A stretch of DNA of 64,000 nucleotides from an uncultured Gaiellales bacterium (GTDB taxonomy: Bacteria > Actinomycetota > Thermoleophilia > Gaiellales > Gaiellaceae): positions 20,454 to 84,453 of the forward strand of contig CAYGLV010000002.1 of NCBI GenBank assembly GCA_964351025.1, in the 5' to 3' direction. The notes under the pieces are model-generated. The model had not been told where the DNA came from, made no database searches, and saw only the letters and a list, made by a program, of their open reading frames with translations. Positions 1 to 9,819 of this stretch are shown here, in pieces (the stretch's first letter is position 1; every line of letters begins with the position of its first letter). The position numbers and the translations under genes are program-made.

Positions 1-1
1 G

Positions 2-646
2 GTCGAGCTGGAGGACGAGGGGTCGGACGGGTTCCACGACGTCCCGATCGACTGGAAGATCATCGTGGTCAGCGGCGCGCGACGGCCGGAGAACGAGCGC
101 TGGATCGGCAAGTCCGTCGCCGAGGCTGCCGCCGAGGCCGGCAAGCGGCCGATCGACTTCGTCTGCGAGCTGCTCGTCGAGGAGGAGCTCGGCGTCCCCT
201 CGATTGCCCATATCGGCAACGAGGAGAACGTACGGACGATCATGACCCACCCGGCTCACACGGCCGGGAGCGACGGCATCATCGTTGGCGAGCGGCCCCA
301 CCCGCGCGGGTGGGGGACGTTCCCGCGCTACCTCGCCGTGTACGTCCGCGAGCTCGGCCTCCTCACCTGGGAGCAGGCGATCCGCAAGTTCACCTCGCTG
401 CCGGCGCAGCGGCTCGGCTTCGCCGACCGCGGCCTCCTCCGCCCGGGCATGGCCGCCGACGTCGTCTGCTTCGACCCGGAGACCGTGCGCGACACCGCGA
501 CCTACGAGGAGCCGCGCAGCTTCCCGGAGGGCATTCCTCACGTACTCGTCAACGGCCGCTTCGTCGTCGACGGGGGGCAGCTCACCGGCGACCTGCCCGG
601 CCGGGCGCTGCGCTCAGGTCGTCAGAGCGCCGCGAGCGCCTCCTGA
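2..646 (+). CDS. N-acyl-D-amino-acid deacylase (D-aminoacylase) family, C-terminal part; 5' end lies outside the window
   Basis: The frame is open from the window edge. HPAHTAGSDG, HPRGWGTFPRYL, LTWEQAIRKFTSLPA and ADVVCFDP...VLVNG are typical of D-aminoacylase C-terminal regions. Confidence 0.8.
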   Translation, partial: VELEDEGSDGFHDVPIDWKIIVVSGARRPENERWIGKSVAEAAAEAGKRPIDFVCELLVEEELGVPSIAHIGNEENVRTIMTHPAHTAGSDGIIVGERPHPRGWGTFPRYLAVYVRELGLLTWEQAIRKFTSLPAQRLGFADRGLLRPGMAADVVCFDPETVRDTATYEEPRSFPEGIPHVLVNGRFVVDGGQLTGDLPGRALRSGRQSAASAS

Positions 647-1848
647 ACCAGGTCGAGCGACTCGAGCCGCATGAAGCCGTAGTGGTAGAAGTGCGTCCGC
701 TCGACCCCGGCCTCCCGCGCGACGCGTAGCTTCGCGGCCAGGTTCTCGGCCGAGTCGCAGTCGGGCGCCATCGGGCGCATGGCGACCGAGATCCCGGCAC
801 TCGGCGCGACAGCGCGGTACGCCTCGAGGTCGAAGCGGAGGCGCTCAGGGTCGGCGGCGTAGCCGATCGCCGCGATCGAGCCGCACGCCTCGCCGACCGC
901 GGTCAGCTCGACCCCGAGCTTCCACGCGATCGTCGGCGCCGCGTCGCCGGTCGGCCGGCCGGTGGCGTAGCCCTTGACGGCGCCGGAGAGGTCCATGAAC
1001 GCGAACGACGCGCCCTCGGCCCTCGCTGCCGCAGCAGCCTCGGCTGCGAGCGAGGCGACCGTCTCTTCCCGCGCCTGCAGGTAGCCGCCGAGCTCGCCTC
1101 CGGCGAGTGCGGCGACCTCGTCGCGAGCGATGTCGTCGCGCGTCGCCTCCGTCCCGGCGCGCTCGAACACGCGCTCCAGCTCCGCGCGCGCGAACCGCGC
1201 CACCGCCTCGCCGTCGACGCCGCGCTCCCGCGCCGCCGCAAGACAGTGCTCGCAGAAGCACAGCCCGAGCAGATAGCGGCTGAGCGGGCCGAGCTCGATG
1301 AAGTAGCGCTCGTGGGCGTAGCCGTGCTCGAGTGAGTGGTAGTGGAGAGACTCGGCGAAGACGCTCGCGACGCCGAGGCGTGCGACGTCGCCGGCGAGCG
1401 CGCGCGTGTAGGCCCGCACGTCGGGGTTCGCGGGGCAGAGGTCGGTGACGTAGCGGTCGCCGAAGGCGTTACGAGGCGCGCAGTCCGGATGCCGGACGCC
1501 GAGCGTGTCGTTGTGGAGGAAGACCGTCCACGCATGCACCTCCAGACCGCGCCGCCCGGCCTCGGCACACAGCTCGCCGAGGACGTCCGTCTCGCGCGCC
1601 AGCTCGCTCACGTGCGGCTGGATGCGGAGGCCGTCGTAGCGCGACAGGTCGGGCCGGAAGAAGAGCGCTCCGCCTTCCAGGAACCGCACCTTCCGCTTCG
1701 GGCTGTGAGGGAAGAGATCGCGGCCCTCGTGGTAGGAGGCGGCGATCGTGACGCCGCCTACCCCGGCGCGGTGCTGCACGTTGTCGAGCACGGTGGCGAG
1801 GCCCTCGTCGTGCAGGTCGGTGGCGAAGGCGAAGAGGGAGGTCTCCAT
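622..1848 (-). CDS. hypothetical protein (408 aa), no family recognised
   Basis: Starts at METSLFAFATDLHDEG; its ATG at 1848 overlaps the TGA of the upstream RraA-like gene. Coding-like composition. The upstream part of the 633-aa track ORF is an Arg-rich shadow. Confidence 0.6.
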   Translation of the reverse strand: METSLFAFATDLHDEGLATVLDNVQHRAGVGGVTIAASYHEGRDLFPHSPKRKVRFLEGGALFFRPDLSRYDGLRIQPHVSELARETDVLGELCAEAGRRGLEVHAWTVFLHNDTLGVRHPDCAPRNAFGDRYVTDLCPANPDVRAYTRALAGDVARLGVASVFAESLHYHSLEHGYAHERYFIELGPLSRYLLGLCFCEHCLAAARERGVDGEAVARFARAELERVFERAGTEATRDDIARDEVAALAGGELGGYLQAREETVASLAAEAAAAARAEGASFAFMDLSGAVKGYATGRPTGDAAPTIAWKLGVELTAVGEACGSIAAIGYAADPERLRFDLEAYRAVAPSAGISVAMRPMAPDCDSAENLAAKLRVAREAGVERTHFYHYGFMRLESLDLVQEALAAL

Positions 1849-2495
1849 CAGAGGATCCCGTGCCGCTCGAAGACCTCGGCGGGGTCGTCGCCGCGCTCGA
1901 GCTCGAGCCGGACGACGTTCTCGCCCGCGTTCTTCTCCTCGGCGAGCCGCACCGCGTCCTCGGCCAGCGCGGCTGGGATGGCGACGACACCCGTCGCGTC
2001 GGCCAGGACGATGTCGCCCGTGTGCACCTCGACGCCCCCGCAGATCACCGGCTCCCCGTAGGCCCGCACCGCCTGGCGGCCGGCCGAGTCGAGCGGTGAC
2101 GCGCCGCGCGCGAACACCGGGAAGCCCATCCGGTCGATCTCCGCCACGTCGCGCGTCAGCCCGTCGGTCACCGCGCCCGTCGCGCCGCGGGCGCGAGCGG
2201 CCGTGCTGAGCAGCTCGCCCCAGATCCCCGAGACGAGCTCGCCGTTCGTCGCCAGCACGACCACGTCGCCGGGCGACAGGTGAGCGTAGCCGCCGAGCAG
2301 CTGCTTGTAGGGGATCGCCTCCGGCTCGTCGATCGGGAACGACGCGAACGTGAAGGCGCGCCCGACGACACGGCCGGGGCCTGCGAGCGAATGGATGCGG
2401 AAGTCCATCGCTCCGGTGCGGTGACCCAGCGAGTCGAGGACGTCGCAGATCAACGCGGTGTGGACTTGAGCGAGCCGCTCGAACAGCGAACTCAC
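1848..2495 (-). CDS. RraA-family protein (4-hydroxy-4-methyl-2-oxoglutarate aldolase / RraA-like)
   Basis: ICDVLDSLG, GDVVVLATNG, GELLSTAARARGATGAVTDGLTRD and PVFARG are RraA/HMG-aldolase hallmarks. A GTG start at 2495 avoids overlap with the divergent gene. Confidence 0.8.
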   Translation of the reverse strand: MSSLFERLAQVHTALICDVLDSLGHRTGAMDFRIHSLAGPGRVVGRAFTFASFPIDEPEAIPYKQLLGGYAHLSPGDVVVLATNGELVSGIWGELLSTAARARGATGAVTDGLTRDVAEIDRMGFPVFARGASPLDSAGRQAVRAYGEPVICGGVEVHTGDIVLADATGVVAIPAALAEDAVRLAEEKNAGENVVRLELERGDDPAEVFERHGIL

Positions 2496-2568
2496 GTCTT
2501 GAACCTGGGTTGCGGGTGTGCAAGCATCGCGAACCTCACTGTTTGAGATCAACCGGAAAGGTCTGGTA

Positions 2569-3603
2569 ATGGCGACGAAGTACGGCGTTGGGATCCTAGG
2601 CGCCGGTTGGGTGGCCGGCGAGTATGTCAAGGCGTTCCGCGATCATCCGCTCACGGAGATCGTCGGAATCTACAACCGCACGCCGGGCAAGGCGACCGCC
2701 CTCCTGGAAACGCACGGCGTGAAGGCGATCGAGTACGCCAGCGACGACGAGCTCTTTGACGACGAACGGGTCAACATCGTCGTGTCGTGCACGACGCCCG
2801 ATGTTCGCGCCGAGCACGTGGTGCGGGCGGCCGAGTCGGGCCGCCACGTCGTGATCGAGAAGCCGATCGCGCTGACGATGGCGGGCGTCGAGGAGATCCG
2901 CGACGCTGTGGCCCGCGCCGGCGTCAAGTCGGTTACGTCGTTCGTGCTGCGGTGGAATCCGCAGTTCGAGACCACCAAGCAGCTGATCGCAGACGGCGTG
3001 CTCGGCGACCTGATCTACGCCGAGGCCGATTACTGGCATCCGATCAGCAAGGCCTACCCGTGCTACGACTGGATGGTTGGCAAGAAGATCGGCGGCAGCG
3101 CCTTCGTCGCCGCAGGCTGCCATGCCGTCGACGCGCTTCGCTGGTTCGCCGGCGAGATCGTCGAAGTGAGCGCGTTCTCGCGCGGTCCGAAGCAGAACCT
3201 CGACTACGAGTACGACCCGGTGACCGTGGCGTGCCTGAAGTTCGAGGACGGAAGCATCGGCAAGGTCTCGACGCTCCTCGACGGCGAGACGCCCTACATC
3301 TTCAACCTCCGGCTCTTTGGGGCGGGCGGGACGATCCAGAACAACGAGGTGTTCTCGCGGCAGAAGTACCCGGGAGCGCTCGATTACTGGAGCTACCCGA
3401 CGATCGAGCCTGACAACGGCGACGTCGCGCACCACCCGTTCGTAGGCGAGATAGCTCATTTCCTCGACTGCATCGAGAACGACGTCGAGTCCCACGCGTC
3501 GATCAGCGACACGTGGAAGTCGATGGCCGTGTGCTTCGCCATCGACGAGTCAGTCGCACAGGGGGGCACTCCGGTGCGGGTGGCGGAGATCGCGCATGTC
3601 TAA
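2569..3603 (+). CDS. Gfo/Idh/MocA family oxidoreductase
   Basis: MATKYGVGILGAGWVAGEYV Rossmann N-terminus and EKPIALT motif. ATG at 2569. Confidence 0.85.
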   Translation: MATKYGVGILGAGWVAGEYVKAFRDHPLTEIVGIYNRTPGKATALLETHGVKAIEYASDDELFDDERVNIVVSCTTPDVRAEHVVRAAESGRHVVIEKPIALTMAGVEEIRDAVARAGVKSVTSFVLRWNPQFETTKQLIADGVLGDLIYAEADYWHPISKAYPCYDWMVGKKIGGSAFVAAGCHAVDALRWFAGEIVEVSAFSRGPKQNLDYEYDPVTVACLKFEDGSIGKVSTLLDGETPYIFNLRLFGAGGTIQNNEVFSRQKYPGALDYWSYPTIEPDNGDVAHHPFVGEIAHFLDCIENDVESHASISDTWKSMAVCFAIDESVAQGGTPVRVAEIAHV

Positions 3604-3635
3604 ATCCAACTGGGCACAAAAGGGGGCGGACCTGT

Positions 3636-4958
3636 ATGGCCGACGAGCGTAAGGTCACTCGGAGGGAATTGATCGGGACGGGCGCCGCGGCAGGCGGTGC
3701 CGCGCTCGTGGCCGGCGGCGTTGGCGGCTACTTCATCGGGAAGGAGTCTGCGGACGAAGGCGGTGGCGGTGGCGCCACGGCCGGCGCGGCCGGCGAGATC
3801 CGTGCGGTAGGAATCTTCCCGCTTGGCGGCTTCATCGCAGCGGACGGCGAAGAGATGCGCAACGGCGCCGTGATGGCGATCGATGAGCTGAACGCGAATG
3901 GTGGCGTCCTCGGTGCTCAGATCAAGTACATCGAGATCGACGACGGCGACTCGCTTGCGGAGGACGTCACGACGGCGTTCAACCGGGCGGTCGAGACCGA
4001 GGACCCGGATGTCATCTTCTCGGGCTACCACCTGGCGTCCGGCCCCGAGTTCGACATCGTCGCCGACGCCGGGCGGCTCTACTTCAACGTCAACACGCAG
4101 CAGCGCTGGGTCGACCTGTACGACAAGGACCCCGCGCGTTACTGGGGCAGCTTCCAGTGCGATCCGGCCGATACCTGGTACGGCGGCGGTTTCGCTCTGT
4201 GGTTGAACGACCAGGTCGAGAGTGGGGCGGTCGAGGTGGAAAAGACCGCCGCGATCCTCTCGGGCGACGACGCCTACGACGCGTTCATCGCGCAGAACTT
4301 CGAGTCGAAGATCAAGGAGCTCGGGTGGGACGTCATCCACAAGGGCACGTTCACGGCCGGCAAGGTGCCCGACTGGGGCCCCTTGCTCGCGAAGGTGCGG
4401 TCGAATCCGCCGGGGATGCTGTTCACCACCGATTACAACCCCGCCGACGACGCCGCAATGGCGAAGCAGTGGGCGCAGAACCCGGTTCCAGGGACGCTCG
4501 TGTACCAGCAGTACGGGCCGTCGGTGCCGGAGTACCTCGAGCTCGCGGGCGATGCCGCGAACGGCATGATCTGGGCGACGGTGCTCGGCCTGCTCCCGGA
4601 TCAGATCGGCAACGACTTCCGCGCACGCTACGAGGAGAAGTTCGGCAAGGCGCCGGGCTGGGCGAACGCGGGCGGCGTCTTCGACGCCGTGAACGTCTGG
4701 GCGAAGGCCGTCACCGCGGCCGGCACCTACTCGGACTACCAGCGCGTGGCGTCGGAAGCGGAGAAGGTCATCCACCGCGGCACGACCGGCGGCATCTCGT
4801 TCGAGAGCCACGCCGGCCTCGCGTACCCGGGCCAGGTCAACGATCCGTCGCTCGGCCAGGCACATCTCATCGTGCAGCTGCAGGATGGCGAGCACGTCGT
4901 CATCTCCCCCGACCCGTACACGACGGGCGACTTCCAGACGCCCCCGTGGTTCGCGTAG
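3636..4958 (+). CDS. ABC transporter substrate-binding protein, Liv (branched-chain amino acid/amide/urea) type, with Tat-like signal
   Basis: RRELIGTGAAAGGAALVAGG twin-arginine leader. Periplasmic-binding-protein type I features. AAGGGGG RBS before the ATG at 3636. Confidence 0.8.
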   Translation: MADERKVTRRELIGTGAAAGGAALVAGGVGGYFIGKESADEGGGGGATAGAAGEIRAVGIFPLGGFIAADGEEMRNGAVMAIDELNANGGVLGAQIKYIEIDDGDSLAEDVTTAFNRAVETEDPDVIFSGYHLASGPEFDIVADAGRLYFNVNTQQRWVDLYDKDPARYWGSFQCDPADTWYGGGFALWLNDQVESGAVEVEKTAAILSGDDAYDAFIAQNFESKIKELGWDVIHKGTFTAGKVPDWGPLLAKVRSNPPGMLFTTDYNPADDAAMAKQWAQNPVPGTLVYQQYGPSVPEYLELAGDAANGMIWATVLGLLPDQIGNDFRARYEEKFGKAPGWANAGGVFDAVNVWAKAVTAAGTYSDYQRVASEAEKVIHRGTTGGISFESHAGLAYPGQVNDPSLGQAHLIVQLQDGEHVVISPDPYTTGDFQTPPWFA

Positions 4959-4977
4959 GGACATAGGAGCCGACTCG

Positions 4978-5013
4978 GGCCTATCCGCCCGCGCGAGAGC
5001 GGGCGGATAGGCC
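4978..5013 (+). terminator. Strong hairpin (15-bp perfect stem, 6-nt loop) followed by TTT, between the SBP gene and the ABC ATPase gene; intra-operon attenuator or terminator
   Basis: GGCCTATCCGCCCGC-gcgaga-GCGGGCGGATAGGCC, then TTTCC. Confidence 0.5.
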
Positions 5014-5022
5014 TTTCCTAGC

Positions 5023-5799
5023 GTGACGATTCTCGACTGCACCAATGTGACGAAGGCCTATGGGGGGCTTCTCGCCGTGAACGACCTCAGCTTCTCGATC
5101 GAGGCTGGGGAGGTGTTCGCGATCGTCGGCCCGAACGGCGCCGGCAAGACGACGCTCTTCGACACGATCTCGGGCCTCGCCGGGCCGACGGCGGGGACGA
5201 TCACGTTCGCCGGCGACCGGATCGACGACCTGAGCCCGCACGAGATCTGCCGACGCGGGCTCGTGCGCACGTTCCAGACCACCGTGTCGTTCGCGAGCCA
5301 GACCGTGCTTCAGAACGCCCTCGTGGGCGCGGTGTTCGGGCGCAGCGGCAACGCGCGGGCCGCGCTGAGGTTCGACCGATCGGAGGTCTCGGCGGCGCTC
5401 GACGCCCTCGAGCTCTGCGGGCTCGTCGGCAAGCAGGCCGACCTCGCCGAGACGCTGCCGATCCTCGACCGCAAGCGCCTGATGCTTGCGACGGCGCTCG
5501 CCACGGGGCCGAAGCTGCTGCTGCTCGACGAGCCGGTCGGGGGCCTGAACGCGGACGAGCGCGGCGAGGTCGTCGAGCTGATCCGGCGCGTGAGCGAGTC
5601 CGGCGTCACGGTGCTGATGATCGAGCACGTGATGAAAGCCGTGCAGGCGCTCGCCGGGCGCATGCTCGTGCTGCACCATGGCAGCAAGATCGCCGAAGGC
5701 GATCCGGCCAGCGTCCTGCGCGACGCCAAGGTCGTCGAGGTGTATCTCGGCGGCGCGGGCGCAGGGCTCGCGACCGCCCAGACCGGGCAGGCTCCCTGA
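5023..5799 (+). CDS. ABC transporter ATP-binding protein (LivG-like)
   Basis: Walker A GPNGAGKTT, LSGG-type signature region, Walker B LLLLDEP. GTG start. Confidence 0.85.
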   Translation: MTILDCTNVTKAYGGLLAVNDLSFSIEAGEVFAIVGPNGAGKTTLFDTISGLAGPTAGTITFAGDRIDDLSPHEICRRGLVRTFQTTVSFASQTVLQNALVGAVFGRSGNARAALRFDRSEVSAALDALELCGLVGKQADLAETLPILDRKRLMLATALATGPKLLLLDEPVGGLNADERGEVVELIRRVSESGVTVLMIEHVMKAVQALAGRMLVLHHGSKIAEGDPASVLRDAKVVEVYLGGAGAGLATAQTGQAP

Positions 5800-6500
5800 T
5801 GCTCGAGGCACGCGACCTGCACGCGGGCTACGGCGGCTCCGAGGTGCTCCACGGGCTCAGCCTGAGCCTCGGCGACGGCGAGTGCGTCGCCGTCCTGGGA
5901 CCAAACGGCCACGGCAAGACGACTTTCCTGCGAGCGGTCTCGGGGCTCGTCCCGCTCACGGCCGGCACCGTCGAGCTCGACGGCAAGCTGATCTCGAACC
6001 GGCGACCCGACGAGATCGCGGCGGCCGGGGTGGTGCACATCCCGCAGGGCGACCTGCTGTTCCCGGAGATGAGCGTCTACGAGAACCTCGTCATGGGCGC
6101 CTACGTGAAGCGAGCCTGGCGCGAGCGTCAGCAGAAGCTGGATCACGCCTACGAGCTCTTCCCGTGGCTGTCGGAACGCAAGGACCAGCTCGCCCGCAGC
6201 CTGTCGGGCGGGGAGCGCCGGATGCTCGCCATCGCCCGCGGCCTCATGGCCGACGCGCGCGCGCTGCTCATCGACGAGCCCTCGCTCGGCCTCGCGCCCG
6301 TGATCATCGAGCAGATCTACGCTGCGATTCGCGGCATCAAGGAGAACGGGCTGCCGATCCTGCTCGCCGACGAGAACGCGAACCACCTCCAAGGCCTCGC
6401 CGACCGCGTCTATCTGCTGGAGACCGGCGTGTTCGTCCGCGAGGCACCCACCGACCGCCTGCTCGCCGATGAGGCGCTGCTGGCCGCGTACCTGGGGTAG
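5799..6500 (+). CDS. ABC transporter ATP-binding protein (LivF-like)
   Basis: GPNGHGKTT, LSGGERRML, LLIDEPSLGLAP. Its ATG overlaps the upstream TGA. Confidence 0.85.
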   Translation: MLEARDLHAGYGGSEVLHGLSLSLGDGECVAVLGPNGHGKTTFLRAVSGLVPLTAGTVELDGKLISNRRPDEIAAAGVVHIPQGDLLFPEMSVYENLVMGAYVKRAWRERQQKLDHAYELFPWLSERKDQLARSLSGGERRMLAIARGLMADARALLIDEPSLGLAPVIIEQIYAAIRGIKENGLPILLADENANHLQGLADRVYLLETGVFVREAPTDRLLADEALLAAYLG

Positions 6501-6502
6501 TC

Positions 6503-7381
6503 GTGTCCGAATTCATCCAGTCGGCGTACAGCGGCGTGCTCTACGGCTCGGTGTATGGGCTGATGGCCCTCGGTCTCACGGTCATCTGGGGTGCCATGCG
6601 GCTGCTGAACCTCGCGCACGGCTCGCTGTACCTCGTCGGCGGCTACGTCGCCTGGACGGTCGTGAACAGGCTGTCCCTGCCGATCGAGGTCGCGGTTCCC
6701 ATCGCGATCGCGGGTGCGGCGATCGCCGGCCTGCTCATGTACGGCCTGTTCATCCGTCCGCTCGTCGGCAGGCCCAGCTGGGACAGCGCGACGCTGATCG
6801 CGACCGTCGGCGTCGGGATTGCGCTCGAGGCCGGGGCGCTGCTCGTGTACGGGCCGCGGGTCAAGGACTTCCCGAGCCTCATCTCGGGTTCTTTCATCTA
6901 CGAACGCGTGCTCGTCACCTACCAGGGGCTGCTCGTCATGGCCGTCGCCGCGGCTTGCCTCCTCTCCGTCAGCACCTACCTGCGGATGTCGCGGCGCGGC
7001 ATGGCGATCCGAGCGGTCTCGCAGGACGTGGACGCAGCGAAGCTGATGGGGATCCCGATCGACACGACGTTCGCGATCGTGATGGCGCTCAGCGCCGGAC
7101 TGGCGGGGCTCGCCGGCGTGCTGCTTTCCTCGACGTTCTACCTGTCGCCGACGTCCGGCTTCACACCGATGATCCTCGCGATCGTCGTCACGATCCTCGG
7201 CGGGCTCGGCAGTATCAAGGGCACCGTCGTGGCCGCCTACTCGATCGGCCTCCTCGAGTCGTTCGTCAACGTGTACGCGGGCCCGAGTTGGGGGCTGCCT
7301 GCCCTTTTCGGGACGATGATCGTCGTCCTCACGCTGCGGCCGAACGGCCTCTTCGGCGTCGGGGAGGTGAGACGGCTGTGA
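6503..7381 (+). CDS. branched-chain amino acid ABC transporter permease (LivH-like)
   Basis: Polytopic membrane protein. The N-terminus GVLYGSVYGLMALGLTVIWG is typical of LivH. Confidence 0.8.
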   Translation: MSEFIQSAYSGVLYGSVYGLMALGLTVIWGAMRLLNLAHGSLYLVGGYVAWTVVNRLSLPIEVAVPIAIAGAAIAGLLMYGLFIRPLVGRPSWDSATLIATVGVGIALEAGALLVYGPRVKDFPSLISGSFIYERVLVTYQGLLVMAVAAACLLSVSTYLRMSRRGMAIRAVSQDVDAAKLMGIPIDTTFAIVMALSAGLAGLAGVLLSSTFYLSPTSGFTPMILAIVVTILGGLGSIKGTVVAAYSIGLLESFVNVYAGPSWGLPALFGTMIVVLTLRPNGLFGVGEVRRL

Positions 7382-8502
7382 GCGTCGACGTTCCCGAGCT
7401 GACGTCCGGCGAGGCCCACGCGCTCGACCCGAGGCTCGACCCACGCGCGTCGCCGTGGGCGCGACCGCGCTGGCTGCTCCTGCTCGGGCTGCTGCCACTC
7501 GCGCTCGCGCTGCCGCTGTTCCTGAACGCGGTGCAGGGTGGACGCTTCTGGCTCCATCTGCTGATCATCTTCTTCGTCTGGGGCATCGTCACCCAGTCGT
7601 GGAACCTCCTGCTGGCCGTCTCGGGCATCTACTCGTTCGGCCAGATCGCCCTCTACGCCGTCGGTGGCTGGACGACGGGCTACCTGGCGATGCATGCCGG
7701 CATGAACCCGTGGATCTCGATCTGGTTCGCGCCGGTCGCCGCCGCGCTTGCCGCCGTCGTGATCGGCCTGCCGACGCTGCGGCTTCGCGGCGCCTACGTC
7801 GTGCTGATCACGCTCGCGTTCCTCGAGCTGCTCCGCAACTTCCTTGTGAACAGCCCCTACGAGAAGATCTCCGGCGGCGGCTACGGGCTGCTGTATGTGC
7901 CAAAGCTCGACTTCGGCGCGCTCGGCGATGGCCGCAAGCACGTCATGTTCTATTACACGGGCTTCGTTCTCTTCTCGATCGCCACCTACTGGATCTGGCG
8001 CGTCTTCCACTCTCCGCTCGGGATGGCGTTCACCGCCCTTCGCGACTCGGAGGCATATGCGGTTTCACGCGGCGTGAACCAGTTCCGCGCGCGCCTGTTC
8101 CTCTTCGTCTTCTGCGCGTTCTTCACGGGCCTCGCGGGCGGGCTGATGACGCACTACCAGGGCTCGATCTCGCCCTCGATCCTCGGCTTCGGCGTGCTGA
8201 TCAACCTGCTGGCGATGATCGTGATCGGCGGCTGGGGCACGTTCTGGGGCCCGATCTTCGGCACCGCTTTTCTCATCGTGCTGGAGGAGAAGTGGCTCCG
8301 GGCCGGCGAGCTTCAGGAGTACCGCAAGCTCGTGCTCGGCCTGATGCTCGCGGCGATCGCCGTGCTTGCCCCGCGCGGCCTCTTCCCGGTGATCGCCGAC
8401 GGCGTCCGCCGCCTCATCAAGGGGCCGGAGCGCGACGGGGAGGAAGGCGATCAGGTCGAGGACGAGGCGCCCGAGGAAGGGCGCGCGACGCCGCTCGCCT
8501 AG
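7378..8502 (+). CDS. branched-chain amino acid ABC transporter permease (LivM-like)
   Basis: The GTG at 7378 overlaps the livH-like TGA (GTGA). Hydrophobic LivM-like core (GQIALYAVGGWTTGYL...). Acidic C-terminal tail. Confidence 0.8.
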   Translation: MSVDVPELTSGEAHALDPRLDPRASPWARPRWLLLLGLLPLALALPLFLNAVQGGRFWLHLLIIFFVWGIVTQSWNLLLAVSGIYSFGQIALYAVGGWTTGYLAMHAGMNPWISIWFAPVAAALAAVVIGLPTLRLRGAYVVLITLAFLELLRNFLVNSPYEKISGGGYGLLYVPKLDFGALGDGRKHVMFYYTGFVLFSIATYWIWRVFHSPLGMAFTALRDSEAYAVSRGVNQFRARLFLFVFCAFFTGLAGGLMTHYQGSISPSILGFGVLINLLAMIVIGGWGTFWGPIFGTAFLIVLEEKWLRAGELQEYRKLVLGLMLAAIAVLAPRGLFPVIADGVRRLIKGPERDGEEGDQVEDEAPEEGRATPLA

Positions 8503-8879
8503 CTGTCCTCGATCAGCAGGACGGCGTCCACCTCGATCTCGAAGCCGGGCAGGTCGGACTGGATCGTCGTCCGCGCTGGCAGCGGCTCCGGGAAGAACTC
8601 GCGGTAGACGTCGTTCATGGTCGGAAAGTCCTTCATGTCACGCAGGTAGACGCCCACGCGCACGGCGTCCGCGAGCGAGCCTCCCGCCGCCTCGGCAACG
8701 GCTGCGAGGTTGTGGAACGTCTGTCGTGCCTCCTCCTCGAACGATCCGTCCACCCTCTCGCCCGACGGTCTGAAGGGCCCCTGACCGGCGAGGAAGACGA
8801 GGTTGCCCGCCGCGATCGCCTGCGAGTAAGCGCCGCCGGGAGGCGGGGCGGACTGCGTTTCGATGGGACGCTTCGGCAT
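8499..8879 (-). CDS. RidA/YjgF family reactive-intermediate (enamine/imine) deaminase
   Basis: GAYSQAIAAGNLVFLAGQ, VGVYLRDM and EIEVDAVL motifs. Confidence 0.85.
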   Translation of the reverse strand: MPKRPIETQSAPPPGGAYSQAIAAGNLVFLAGQGPFRPSGERVDGSFEEEARQTFHNLAAVAEAAGGSLADAVRVGVYLRDMKDFPTMNDVYREFFPEPLPARTTIQSDLPGFEIEVDAVLLIEDS

Positions 8880-8890
8880 CGTTCCTCCTA

Positions 8891-9805
8891 CTAGAGGGGG
8901 GTGGCGGCGAGCTCGAGCGCGGCCGCGTGGGCAGTGACGAGCTCGTCGAACAGGGGGCCGTAGCCGGTCGCCGGCTGGCGCAAGCCACCGCGGGCGAGCA
9001 CTCCGCGGCGGACGAGCATCGCCTTCGTGGCGGCGTTGCAGTGGTCGATTCCGCCCTGGAGGGCGAAGACAAGATACGGCAGCAGAGGCAGGAAGAGCGC
9101 TTCGGCGGCCACCCGGTCGCCGGCACGCTCGGCCGCGTACGCGGCCACCAGGCCGTCGGCCACGTCAACCGCGGGGATGTTGCCGACGGCTCCGGCGCGC
9201 AGGCAGTCGAGCAGGTGAACGCCCGCATCGCCGGTGAAGAGGCCCACCGCGCCTTCGAGCCCCTCGGCCCAGCGCGCGGTCTCCTCGGGCCCGGCCTCGA
9301 TCTTCACGTAGCGGATGTTCGGTTGCTCGGCGGCGAGCCGGCGGACGAGCGCGGGCGAGAGCGGCGTCCCGAGATAGAAGGACGAGTCCTGGATCATCAC
9401 GGGCACGTCGACCGAGGCAGCGACCGTGCGGAAGAATCCCTCCAGCTCGTTGCCCGGCAGGCGGATCGTGAAGGGCGGCGGGATGACGACCCCGGTCGCT
9501 CCGGCGGCCTGCGCGTAACGGGCGAGCTCGGTCGCGGTATGCGTCGCCTCGGCGCCGACGCCGACCAGCACGGGCACGCGGCCCTGCGCCTCGTCGATGA
9601 TCGCGTCGGTCAGCTGCATGCGCTCCTGCGGCGTGAGCCTGTTTACCTCCGCACCAAGCCCGAAGCAGACGAGTCCGTGCGCGCCGCACGCGAGCGCGAA
9701 GCGCACGACCGCCCGCTGGGCCTCGATGTCGATCGCACCGTCGTTCCCAAACGGGGTGCAGAGCACCGGAAAAACGCCTGTCCAGACCTCCTCGTTCGCC
9801 GCCAT
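8891..9805 (-). CDS. dihydrodipicolinate synthase (DapA) family lyase, paralogue 1
   Basis: GVFPVLCTPF...IDIEA...GAHGLVCFGLGAEVNRLTPQER. ATG at 9805. Confidence 0.8.
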   Translation of the reverse strand: MAANEEVWTGVFPVLCTPFGNDGAIDIEAQRAVVRFALACGAHGLVCFGLGAEVNRLTPQERMQLTDAIIDEAQGRVPVLVGVGAEATHTATELARYAQAAGATGVVIPPPFTIRLPGNELEGFFRTVAASVDVPVMIQDSSFYLGTPLSPALVRRLAAEQPNIRYVKIEAGPEETARWAEGLEGAVGLFTGDAGVHLLDCLRAGAVGNIPAVDVADGLVAAYAAERAGDRVAAEALFLPLLPYLVFALQGGIDHCNAATKAMLVRRGVLARGGLRQPATGYGPLFDELVTAHAAALELAATPL

Positions 9806-9819
9806 CCCGAGTAGCCTAT

